Positions 38,191 through 47,852 of a DNA stretch of 64,000 nt are shown piece by piece (the first letter of the stretch is position 1; every line of letters starts with the position of its first letter). The notes under the pieces are model-generated. The model saw only the letters and a list, made by a program, of their open reading frames with translations. It was not told the origin of the DNA and ran no database searches. The DNA is from Candidatus Spongiisociaceae bacterium (lineage in GTDB: Bacteria; Actinomycetota; Acidimicrobiia; Spongiisociales; Spongiisociaceae): NCBI GenBank assembly GCA_965262915.1, contig OZ253564.1, positions 1,856,001-1,920,000 on the forward strand, given 5' to 3'. Both the position numbers and the translations under genes were made by a program.

Positions 38191-39987
38191 ATCGACCTGC
38201 GTCTCATGTCCGCAGTACCGACTCCTGTTGAGAGGGAGGCGGTCGATGACTTGCTCGGAGCGCCCCGCTCGTCCTGGGAAGGTGGCACGCTGCAGTCCCA
38301 CGACCTCCGCGTCGCGTTCGGAGGTTACCGCCGGTCGCTCGAGAACCGTCACATGCTGCTGCCGACCCTTCACGCCGTACAGGATCGGATCGGGTGGATA
38401 AGCAAAGGAGCTCTCAACTACATATGTGAGCGGTTGGCGGTGCCACCGGCCGAGGCCTACGGGGTGGCCGGTTTCTACGCGTTGCTGGCCTTGGAGGAGC
38501 GTCCCTCTCGGGTTGCCCATGTCTGCGACGACGTGGCCTGTGGTGCAGTCGGTGGTAACGACATCCTCGCCGACCTGGAAGGTCGACCGGATATCCATCC
38601 GAGCCCGTGCCTCGGCCAATGCGACCGGGGTCCGGCCGTTTTCCTGCAGCGGGCCGGCGACGAGGATGCCATCCTGGTGGGAGCAACGTCCCAGCGGGTG
38701 TTGGCCGCCCTGGAGGGCGACGCGTTGCCGCTTCCTACGGTGACAGTCCCGCAACGGGGGGACCCGTCACTGAAGCTGCTCCGGCGGATCGGTGTGGTCG
38801 ATCCGACCTCGTTGGACGGCTACCGGGCCTCCGGTGGCTACGAAGCGCTCCTGCGAGTTCTCGAGATGGGCCCCGGGCAGGTGATCGCCGAGATAAAGGC
38901 TGCCAACCTGCGGGGACGGGGTGGAGCCGCCTTTCCGATGGGTATCAAGTGGGATGCCGTTGCCCGCTCCGCGGAGACGCCCAGCTACGTGATCTGCAAC
39001 GCCGACGAGTCCGAGCCGGGCACCTTCAAGGACCGGGTCCTTATGGAGGGCGACCCCTTTGCCCTGGTCGAATCGATGACCATTGCCGGGTTGACCGTCG
39101 GTGCCGAACTCGGCTACCTCTATATCCGGGCCGAGTACCCCGTGGCGCAGGCCCGCATGTGCCAAGCCATCGCTTCGGCGCGCGGCGCCGGCCTGTTGGG
39201 GGAGGACGTTTCGGGTTCCGGCCGATCGTTCGACATCGAGGTCCGGCGAGGGGGTGGCGCATATATCTGCGGTGAGGAGACCGCCCTGATGAACTCGATC
39301 GAAGGCAAGCGGGGAGAGCCCCGCAACAAGCCGCCGTTCCCCACCCAGGTGGGCCTGTTCGGACGCCCCACGGTCATCAACAACGTGGAGACGCTGGTCA
39401 ACGTGCTCGACATAGTTCTCGAAGGGGGGGCGGCCTACGCCGAGATCGGAACCGGGGAGTCGACCGGGCCGAAGCTCTTCTGCCTGGCCGGCGCGGTTGG
39501 CAGCCCGGGGGTGTACGAGGTTGAGTTCGGACAGACGCTGGGCTCGCTCATCGAGCTGGCCGGCGGGATCACGGGGACGGGCCACCTGGGTGCGGTGATG
39601 CTGGGCGGAGCGGCTGGAGTCTTTGTCGGAGCGCAACACCTGGACATGCCGCTGACCTTCGAGCATGCGCGGGCCCGCAACGCCACCCTCGGGTCCGGGG
39701 TGGTCCTGGTATTCGACGACGACACCGACTTCCGTGCCATATCCCGCCGGATCGCCCGGTTCTTCCGGGACGAGTCGTGCGGCCAATGCGTACCGTGCCG
39801 GGTCGGCACCGTCCGCCAGGAGGAGTTGCTGGCCCGCCACCTGGCGGGCGGGCCTTTCGAGGAGCAGCTCTTCGACGATCTGGCCCGCGTCATGATGGAC
39901 GCGTCGATCTGCGGGCTGGGACACACCGCCTCGACTGCCATCCGGTCGGCTGTCGATCTGGGCCTTCTGGGGGATTCCGGTGGCTGA
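38191..39987 (+). CDS. NuoE/NuoF-like fused diaphorase subunit of NAD-dependent formate dehydrogenase
   Basis: HVCDDVAC..CLGQC (2Fe-2S), LRGRGGAAFP, CNADESEPGTFKD, GAYICGEETAL, ESCGQCVPCRVG. Start is ATG 38206 or ATC 38191. Confidence 0.9.
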   Translation: MDLRLMSAVPTPVEREAVDDLLGAPRSSWEGGTLQSHDLRVAFGGYRRSLENRHMLLPTLHAVQDRIGWISKGALNYICERLAVPPAEAYGVAGFYALLALEERPSRVAHVCDDVACGAVGGNDILADLEGRPDIHPSPCLGQCDRGPAVFLQRAGDEDAILVGATSQRVLAALEGDALPLPTVTVPQRGDPSLKLLRRIGVVDPTSLDGYRASGGYEALLRVLEMGPGQVIAEIKAANLRGRGGAAFPMGIKWDAVARSAETPSYVICNADESEPGTFKDRVLMEGDPFALVESMTIAGLTVGAELGYLYIRAEYPVAQARMCQAIASARGAGLLGEDVSGSGRSFDIEVRRGGGAYICGEETALMNSIEGKRGEPRNKPPFPTQVGLFGRPTVINNVETLVNVLDIVLEGGAAYAEIGTGESTGPKLFCLAGAVGSPGVYEVEFGQTLGSLIELAGGITGTGHLGAVMLGGAAGVFVGAQHLDMPLTFEHARARNATLGSGVVLVFDDDTDFRAISRRIARFFRDESCGQCVPCRVGTVRQEELLARHLAGGPFEEQLFDDLARVMMDASICGLGHTASTAIRSAVDLGLLGDSGG

Positions 39988-40963
39988 AGTCACGCTGACC
40001 ATCGACGGGTCGCAGGTCTCGGTGAGGTCCGGGTCCACCATCCTCGACGCCTGCCGGGCTACGGACAACGACCAGCCCACCCTGTGCTACCTCGACAACC
40101 TCACGCCGGTCAACGTGTGCCGGGTGTGCGTGGTCGAGGTGAAGGGGAGCCGCATCCTGGTGCCGTCCTGCAGCAGGACCGCCGAGCAGGGAATGGTCGT
40201 GTCCACCGACACCGAACGGGTGCGACACTCCCGAAAGATGGTCTACGAGTTTCTCGCCTCGTCGGTAGACCTCGGTCTGGTGGACGAGCAGACCGCCCGC
40301 TGGATGAAGGACTATGGATGCGATCCTGATCGCTACGGTCGTCCGGCCGGGCCGGTCGACGACCGGGACGAGCGGGTGGCCGGCCATCATCACGTGGGCG
40401 ACGGGGCCGAGGCAGAGACGGTTCACCAGCCGGTCAAGGTGGACAACGAACTGTACGTGCGCGACTACTCCCGCTGCATCCTCTGTTACAAGTGCGTGGA
40501 GGCGTGCGGGGAGGACGCCCAGAACACCTTCGCCATCGCCGTGGCAGGCCGCGGGTTCGACGCCCGGATCTCCACCGAGTTCGACACGGGACTGACCGAG
40601 GGGGCCTGCGTCTTCTGCGGCAACTGCATTGGCGTGTGTCCAACGGGCGCCCTCATGTTCCGCAGCGAGTACGAACTCAGGTCAGCGGGTCTGTGGCAGC
40701 AGGATCGCCAGAGTGTCACCCGGACCATATGCTCCTATTGCGGGGTCGGTTGCAACCTCGAGCTGCATGTCCAGGACAACAGGATCGTGAAGGTCACCTC
40801 ACCGATCGACCACTCGGTCACCTCTGGCCATCTATGCATCAAAGGCCGCTTCGGATACGAATATGTCCAGGAACTGGGCGACCTCGGCGTCACACCAATC
40901 GATGAGGTTCTGAGACGGGCGCGCGTGCCCGACGCGGGAAGCGGGGTCCGTGACGACCTATAG
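39980..40963 (+). CDS. Fe-S subunit (2Fe-2S + 2x4Fe-4S + molybdopterin-oxidoreductase Fe4S4 domain) of formate dehydrogenase
   Basis: CRVCVVE, CILCYKCVEAC, CVFCGNCIGVCP, TICSYCGVGC...LCIKGRFG. Confidence 0.9.
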   Translation: MAEVTLTIDGSQVSVRSGSTILDACRATDNDQPTLCYLDNLTPVNVCRVCVVEVKGSRILVPSCSRTAEQGMVVSTDTERVRHSRKMVYEFLASSVDLGLVDEQTARWMKDYGCDPDRYGRPAGPVDDRDERVAGHHHVGDGAEAETVHQPVKVDNELYVRDYSRCILCYKCVEACGEDAQNTFAIAVAGRGFDARISTEFDTGLTEGACVFCGNCIGVCPTGALMFRSEYELRSAGLWQQDRQSVTRTICSYCGVGCNLELHVQDNRIVKVTSPIDHSVTSGHLCIKGRFGYEYVQELGDLGVTPIDEVLRRARVPDAGSGVRDDL

Positions 40964-41026
40964 GGTCCGTTCGCCGGGCGCACACGGACCTGATGACCCC
41001 GTCAGCCGTCGCCCGGTTGCCGGCAT

Positions 41027-42304
41027 ATGGGCCGGGACGGTCCTGAAACGACTTCTTTGACGGCCCGCGCGCCGCGTTCGAGTCCTGGTTCAGGGGACGA
41101 ACGGCTCACCGGTTCGGCCACCGCGGCGGCCTTGTTCGGTGTGGTTATCGTGGTGACCCACGGGTTCGGGAACAGCCTCGTACCGGCTCTCCTGCCGCGT
41201 ATCGCAGAGTCTTTTGACGCGGGATACGGCGTTCTCGGTCTGGCCGTGGCCGCCGGGCTGATCGCCTACGGCGTGGGAGCAGCCCTTGGGATAAGAATCG
41301 TCGACCGTGTCCCGCCGAGGGCCTTGCTGGTTACCTGCCTCGCGGTTTGCGGCGCCGGCCTCCTGGCCGTATCCGGGGCAGGTTCGCCAGGAGTACTGGC
41401 CTTGTGTGTAGTCGTTATCGGCTTGGCATCACCGATCAGTTGGTCGGTGACGGTCTACTTCGTCGGTCGGGTGGTCGGCTCCGCCGCCCACGGCCGCGTC
41501 TTGGCCGTCGCCGCGGCCGGAGCCGGTGTGGGCAACGGAATAAACGGCGTTTTCGTACAGATGTTGACAGCGCGCGGGCAGTGGAGGTGGGCCTTCGTCA
41601 TCGCCGGAGGTCTGGCCGCAGCCATGGTGGTCGTAACCTTGCTGGTGCTTCGCCGTCCGATCGAGCCGCCGGCCCGGGCGGCTGGGACCGGTCGAGAGGG
41701 GGAAGCCTGGCGGCGAATCTGGTCGGAGCCGGCCGGGCGGCTCGTGATCCTGATGAGCATGGTGGCGGGTATCGGAACCTTCACGTTCTCCGCCTACCTC
41801 TCGGAAGTGGCGCTGGATGAAATGCTGGTGAGCCCGCTGGCGGCCGCAACCCCGTGGTGGTTGGCCTCGGCGGTAGGGATTGCGGTTGCCCTGCCGATAG
41901 GCTTGATAAGCGACCGCGGGTCCCCCGTCGGGGTTATGGCGATAACTGCTCTCACCTACGGGGCCTCCCTGACGATACTGGTGTTCACCTGGTCGTACCC
42001 GGCTCTCTTGATGGCCACCTTCGGGTTCGCGGTTTTCAGCTACCCGATCTGGGGGCTGTTCGGGCTGGTCGCTCACCGGAGCTTCCCACCCGAACTGGCG
42101 GTTCGAGCCGTGTCGGGCGGGTTGGCTGTAGCAGCATGCTCGGCCATGGCGGGGGTAACCGCGGCCGGTTGGTGGATAGACAGGACCGGAAGCTTACGAG
42201 GTCCGGCAATCGTGCTTGCCTTGATGATTACCGTGGTTGGGGTCCGGCTCCTTTGCCTCCACCGGGCTGCGTCGCCGAGGATCGGACACTTGTGGAAGAC
42301 GTAA
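41027..42304 (+). CDS. MFS transporter
   Basis: About 12 hydrophobic segments, IVDRVPPR and GLISDRG loops. Confidence 0.8.
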   Translation: MGRDGPETTSLTARAPRSSPGSGDERLTGSATAAALFGVVIVVTHGFGNSLVPALLPRIAESFDAGYGVLGLAVAAGLIAYGVGAALGIRIVDRVPPRALLVTCLAVCGAGLLAVSGAGSPGVLALCVVVIGLASPISWSVTVYFVGRVVGSAAHGRVLAVAAAGAGVGNGINGVFVQMLTARGQWRWAFVIAGGLAAAMVVVTLLVLRRPIEPPARAAGTGREGEAWRRIWSEPAGRLVILMSMVAGIGTFTFSAYLSEVALDEMLVSPLAAATPWWLASAVGIAVALPIGLISDRGSPVGVMAITALTYGASLTILVFTWSYPALLMATFGFAVFSYPIWGLFGLVAHRSFPPELAVRAVSGGLAVAACSAMAGVTAAGWWIDRTGSLRGPAIVLALMITVVGVRLLCLHRAASPRIGHLWKT

Positions 42305-42483
42305 CCGTCTGGGACGTCGGTGGCCGGCGCCAGGTTCAGATCGAGGACCCCGATTTTCTCGCACTTCCCGAGTACCTGTGTGCGCGCGATGTATCCCGTG
42401 TCAGGGTGGGCCAGTTGCGTTACACCTTCATTTGCAATCCCCGAGGCGGGATTCTGAACGATCCCGTGCTGCTGCGGGTGGGC
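42288..42483 (+). pseudogene. Internal fragment of a GcvT-family aminomethyltransferase (DmdA-like)
   Basis: LVEDVTVWDVGGRRQVQIEDPD...RDVSRVRVGQLRYTFICNPRGGILNDPVLLRV; no start or C-terminus. Confidence 0.65.
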
Positions 42484-42506
42484 CGAGGGATGCCCGTGGG
42501 GATCCC

Positions 42507-43631
42507 TCATTGCTGCTGTCCCCCCTCTTCGGGGTGGCTGCCGGACCGGATGTCGATCACGATGGCGCCCACATGACCCTTGCGCAGGAAGGTTTCCTGG
42601 GCCGAGCGGAGTTGCGCCAGAGGGTAGGAGGTCGCTACCAAAGGCCGGATCTCGCCGTTTTCTATGTAGCGGACCAGGTTGGCGAACACGCCGGGAGGCA
42701 CCACCGTGCAGCCGTGCATGGTGATGTCCCGTAAGTAGAGGGTGCGCAGGTCGAGCCGCACCATCGGCCCGCCGATGGCCCCTGCCACGGTGTACCGCCC
42801 ACCCCGGCGGATGGTGTCGAACAACGCGGGGAACTGCGGGCCTCCCACCACATCGGCCAGCACGTCCACACCGCCGGTCCGCTCGAGGATCTCGCTCGCC
42901 AGCGAGGACGAATTCCTGTCCAGCACGTGGTCTGCTCCGGTCAGCTTCCTCAAGAGCGACGCCTTGGACTTCGAGGAGATGGCAACAGTGGTGGCCCCCC
43001 GCCGGCGCGCCAGCTGGATCAGGGCGTTCCCCACCCCGCCCGAGGCCCCGGTGACCACCACCATATGTCCTTCCTTCACGCCCGCTCGTTCCAGCATGTG
43101 TTCGGCGGTCGAGTATGAACAGGGGAACCCGGCCAGTTCCATATCGGTCAAGCCGCTCCGAATCGGGTGGGCGTTTCCGGCCGGAACGGTCACGTACTCG
43201 GCATAGCCTCCGTCGCGTTCCGAACCGAGATACCCTGCTTTAGCCAGGTCGCCCTGCGGATCCCGCAACCACGCGTCGATCAGAACCCGCTCACCGACCC
43301 GATCCCCGTCCACCGAGGAACCCACCTCCACGATCCGCCCCACCGGATCGGCGCCCTGGATGAGCGGAAAGGTCAAGCCCCCGGTCCACGACCCGTCCGC
43401 GTCGGTCGTGGTCGTTTCCTCTCCGGTGGCCGTGCTCACCGACCTCGAGTACCAGCCGGTCCTGGTGTTGATATCCGTGTTGTTCATGCCACACGCGCCG
43501 ACCTCCACCAGTACCTCGTCCCGATCAGGGATCGGAACCGGCGCGTCGGTCACGTACTCCAGTCGGTCCAGCCCTCCATGACCTCTCAGCACGACAGCTC
43601 TCATGCCGTCCAGACGCTTACGGGAAGTCAT
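42507..43631 (-). CDS. Medium-chain alcohol dehydrogenase/quinone oxidoreductase family protein
   Basis: MRAVVLRGHGG, ACGMNNTD, FPLIQGAD, DGGYAEY, VVTGASGGVG. Confidence 0.88.
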   Translation of the reverse strand: MTSRKRLDGMRAVVLRGHGGLDRLEYVTDAPVPIPDRDEVLVEVGACGMNNTDINTRTGWYSRSVSTATGEETTTTDADGSWTGGLTFPLIQGADPVGRIVEVGSSVDGDRVGERVLIDAWLRDPQGDLAKAGYLGSERDGGYAEYVTVPAGNAHPIRSGLTDMELAGFPCSYSTAEHMLERAGVKEGHMVVVTGASGGVGNALIQLARRRGATTVAISSKSKASLLRKLTGADHVLDRNSSSLASEILERTGGVDVLADVVGGPQFPALFDTIRRGGRYTVAGAIGGPMVRLDLRTLYLRDITMHGCTVVPPGVFANLVRYIENGEIRPLVATSYPLAQLRSAQETFLRKGHVGAIVIDIRSGSHPEEGGQQQ

Positions 43632-43634
43632 AGG

Positions 43635-43862
43635 TCACCACGTGAATCCGGCTTGGGTTGCCGTCCGGGTTCCGCTCTCGTCGAGTTCTCGGAAGGCGCG
43701 GTCCACCGCCCGGGCGGTGGTTTCGAAGTGGTCGTCGCCATGGGCGAGGCTGACGAAGCGCCCGAGCCCCGGTATCACGTTGATCCCGTTCCGGAGCAGC
43801 GCCCTGTCGAGTCCACGGTTTACAGCCTGATCGGAGGCCCGCAGGTTCCGCATAGCGCTCCG
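43635..43862 (-). pseudogene. C-terminal fragment of a class-III aminotransferase (GSA-aminomutase-like)
   Basis: RALLRNGINVIPGLGRFVSLAHGDDHFETTARAVDRAF; cut at a degenerate MITE. Confidence 0.55.
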
Positions 43863-43960
43863 GAGGCCTCCCAACATGGAGGACCTGCCACAGGCCGATG
43901 ACATAGTGCCTGCTCACAGGAAGACGGGCCGTTGCTCTCCACCGTTTCACAGTACCCTTC
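43863..43960. mobile_element. MITE family A, degenerate copy
   Basis: GGCCGATGACATAGTGCCTGCTCACAGGAAGACGGGCCGTTGCTCTCCACCGTTT matches the core of 38080-38177; left end diverged, no clear TSD. Confidence 0.7.
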
Positions 43961-44160
43961 TGAGGGGGCGCGGAGACATGGATGTCCGGCCACCGGCGGG
44001 AACCCCATCATTCGCCAGCCTCTCATTCACAAACTCCGTACGCTTGAACAAGTCAGCGTGAACCGACGCCACACCCGAACTTACGACTACCCCCAACCTG
44101 CAACTACACGGCTGTAACCAGGCCATACGCCGAACCATCCCCGCGAAAAACACCCGCCAC

Positions 44161-45428
44161 CTAGCCGCTGTCGACGGCGCTGCCCGACGGAGCCTCCGTC
44201 GGGGCCGGGGGTTCGGTCGTTGTCGGGGTTTCGGTGGTTGTCGAGGTGGTGGATGTCTGCGGGGGAGGCGGTTGGTGCCGCGCGCAGTTCCCGGAGATGA
44301 TGTCGACGATCCGATCGAATCGCCCGCCCTCGGGAACCGGTACCGGTGCGCCGTCATCGTTGAGCAGATGCGGATGGAACGCCCATCCAACGATCCGGTC
44401 GGCATCGAAGTCGATCTGCAACACTCCGGTTTCTCCCGTGATTCCCCATCTCGGATGCCAGACGAAGTTGCCGAGCGAGTAGGCGACCAGCCTGCCGTCG
44501 GCGAACTCGACCGGCTGCAACACGTGCGGATGGTGACCGATGACCGCATCGGCGCCGGCGTCCAGCAGCTCTCGGGCGAACGACCGCTGCGCGGCGCTGG
44601 GGCAGGTGCTGCGCTCGATGCCCCAGTGGACCAGCGCGATCACCACGTCGGCCGCCCAGGCGGCGTCCTCGATGCTCTCGACAACTCGAGACGGCGGGCG
44701 GGCCGACGCGATACCCGGCGAGTCGGGACCCGCGGGGAAACTCCAGGGGACGATCATGGACACGCCGACGAAAGGACGCTCGTGGCCCCTTCGACGTCGA
44801 GAACCCGGTAGCGGTAGGCCTCGACATCGGTTGACCCCGCGCCGAGCGCCGCCACCCCGGCCGCCTCCAACAACTCGACGGTGTCCACCAGAGCGGTGGA
44901 GCCATAGTCCTTGGCGTGATTGTTCGCCAAGGATGCGACATCGACCCCGGCAGCCGCAATCCGCCGGGCCGCTGACGGCGGAGCTCGAAAGACGTATGTC
45001 TTGTCAGCCGGTACACCACGATCGCTGATCACCATCTCGGAGTTCACGACGGCGATATCAGCCGACGCCAGAGGCGGTTCGATGAACTCGAACGGGTCGA
45101 CGCCTCGGGGCTCGGTACGATCCATCAGCACATCGCCACCCGCGAGCAGCGTCCATTCCCTGGAGGGTTCGGGAGGCGGAACGGTGGTTGCGGTCACCGC
45201 CGAGGAAGGCGGGGGCGGTGAGGCCGTACTCGCGTTCTCCTCCGGGGAAGGGTCGGGGAGTGGAACCGTGGTTGTGGTCATCTCCGAGGAGGGCGGGGCG
45301 GTGGGAGAGGGGCCGGTATCCACCGGGCTCGGGCCGCCGGCCGTACACCCGCCGGCTAGTAGCGCCACGGCCAGCAGTGCAAGAGACAGGCGGACCGATG
45401 CTCGCGTCGAGTGTCCGGCCGCCTTCAT
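44161..45428 (-). pseudogene. CapA-family (PGA_cap metallophosphoesterase) lipoprotein, frameshifted near 44775
   Basis: AGGDVLM, VNSE, SLANNHAKDYG in one frame; VHWGIE, IGHHPHVLQP, YSLGNFVW in the next. Confidence 0.8.
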
Positions 45429-45804
45429 GGGAGAATCGTATCCGGCCTTCGCCCTCGCCCGGTCACAACCGAGGATATGGACCGGGTCTCGCGATGGGTT
45501 GGAGGTTCCCCTGGTGGATCCCGGACGTGGCCGACCGGACCGCAGGGCAAACAACCACATTCCGGACCCCGATGGGGTGGAAGAGAACCCGCGACCGGGG
45601 ACGGCGGAGAACCCATCCGTCTCACGATATCCCTGGCAGTGACCCTCCCTCGGGTGTCCAGCGACCGGAATGTGACCATCCGGTTGTGCCACGTCAGCGG
45701 ACGACGGGCCAACCAATTGACCCGCTCTTTGAGCACCCTCTCGGGTTGATCCGTTGCCTGACTTCCCGTGTGGGACGCGCCGGTGTGGTTGAGGCCGGAA
45801 CGCC

Positions 45805-47291
45805 TCACGGTGGCCGTTGGCAACTGTCGTCGAGGAAAGCACCGGTCTGGTTGGTGGTGCGCCTGAGAGCCTGTGTGACAGCCTCGCGTACCTGGGCGAT
45901 CGGTGCGTCGCCGGGCTGGAATTCGGGGGGGATGAAGTTGACTGTGACGATTCTCGATGTATCGAGCATGTCTGCCAGGTCGACAAGTTCGTCGAGACGG
46001 TCACGCGGGATGTCGGTGTTGATGTGATCGGTGATGATGTCGGCCAGCGCCACATAGTTGCGAACCATTCGTATGGACGGAACCTGGTCGATGAGCGCTT
46101 CGATGACGCATCGTTGGCGGGTCATGCGGTGCCAGTCCGTACTCTTGGTTCGGGAACGCACGTATCCGAGCGCCGCCAAGCCGTCGAAGTGGTGGTCACC
46201 CGGTTCCACGACGATGTCGATGTGCGGGCCATCGGGCACGATGGGCTTGATCCGGTCGTTGATCGACTCGGTAACGTGCACGTCGATGCCGCCGGACAGG
46301 TCGATGACCTCGACGAAGCCCACCATGCCGATGAGCACGTAGTACTGGATGTCGAGGCCGGTCAGTTGGGCGAGTGCCGATTTGATGGTATGGCCGGCCG
46401 TGTCCTCGACGTTCGGGAAGGCCTCGGGGAACCTCAGCCCCAGGCCGTAGATCTCGTTGGCGATGCCCGGATACCCGTCGGGCCATTGCTCGGCTGCGGG
46501 GGTCCCTTCGGGGAAGGTGACGTGATGCCAGTTGCGGGGTACGTTGAACGCCGCCGCGTCGCCGGTGGCCATATCGATCGAGAGCACGATGATCGTGTCG
46601 GTTCTCACACCGTGGCGGTCGAACCCGGTGTCGCTGCCGAGTAGGGCGATGGTGAGGCGATCGGCCCCGTCCCAGGTCGGAGGTGGTGCTGTCGTGACGG
46701 AAGCGGTGGCGGAGGAGTTGTGGTCGGGGGAGCCGCGACCGGGGCAGCCACGGTCGTCTGCGCAGGAGCGGTCTAGGTCGTCGGCGCCGCCGTGGTGGGA
46801 ACCGGCGTCCCGGTGGCGGTTCGGGTTCCGGTGGCGTCGAAGACCGTGGTCAGCATCTCGAGCTGGGTCATGGCGTATCCGACGACCAGAACGTGGGGCG
46901 CGGCGATGATCACGGCCAGGGAGGCGAGCGTGATCACGGAGAGGAATCGGTGGGTCACGCAAGGGCACTGCGGTGGGGCGCGGCGAGCCGCGGTCCTGTA
47001 CGCGTCGACCGCGATTCCGATACGAAGAGCCAGGACGCAGACGGTCCCGGCGATGACGATCCAGAGCCACGACGGGGTCACGCTCCAGGCCAGCAGCGTG
47101 GCCGGACGGCGCGTGGCGACATAGATCACGCCGGCGGCAGCCGCCCCGAGGGTTCCGAATGTCAGGACTGCGGCGCGGCCGTTGCGGTGTCCGAAGTGCC
47201 CCAAGCCCGGCCACGCCGCGGAGAGAGCCACCGCGGCCAACGGCTCGGGACCGCGCCGTGTGGACTCCCCCAATACCTGATCCACAGCCAC
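45805..47291 (-). pseudogene. LCP (LytR-CpsA-Psr) family protein, interrupted by TAG at 46773 and a frameshift
   Basis: N-terminal TM part 46773-47291; LLGSD, RTDTIIV, VPRN, ALGYVRSR, RMTRQRCVI in another frame. Confidence 0.8.
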
Positions 47292-47531
47292 CTCTCGGTC
47301 TGGGAGTAGTCCATCCTTCGTGGACGATGTATGCCAGGATGCGCCGAGGGTAGTTGGCGCCGGGCTGAAGCCCGGGCCTTCCCTCTCACCAGGGATGCCG
47401 ACCGAGGCTATTGTCTGGAACTCGGTCCCCTGGAGGGACCGGTCGGGAGAACGTGTTCCGGTTGCGGGGACCGTTCATCCGGGTCGGCTCATAGGTTCTC
47501 ACCCGGGGAGACAGAACTTGCTACGGTCCAG

Positions 47532-47641
47532 GAGGGTGCTCGAACAACCCGTGCAAAGAGGTTCGCTCGCTAGCCCACAACCCTCAGACCAGGTGGTTTG
47601 CCACCGGCCAACCCCGCAAAGGTCCGTTCTTGAGCACCCTC
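47532..47641. mobile_element. MITE family B copy 2 (110 bp)
   Basis: TIRs GAGGGTGCTCGAA / TTCTTGAGCACCCTC; flanks CCAG/CCGG; colinear with 22468-22577. Confidence 0.8.
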
Positions 47642-47852
47642 CCGGGACACGATACGGATGATCAGGGCTTCCCCGAGCGCAGGCAGCCGCCCTCCTGCAC
47701 CGCAGCCGGCGCCCCGTTCCCGCACCGGACACATAACGACCCGCCGTCCACCCGTCCTGACCGGAGTTGCCCCCCTGCGATCCCCGAGAACGGGTGGCGG
47801 GCCCCGCTACCCGGTCGGGATAGGGGGGGGCTGGCGGCGGCAGGGCGAACCG

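Noticed and set aside
46773-46775. TAG in the LCP gene as recoding
   Set aside because: It lies in a Pro/Thr linker and is followed by a frameshift; simple decay is more likely.
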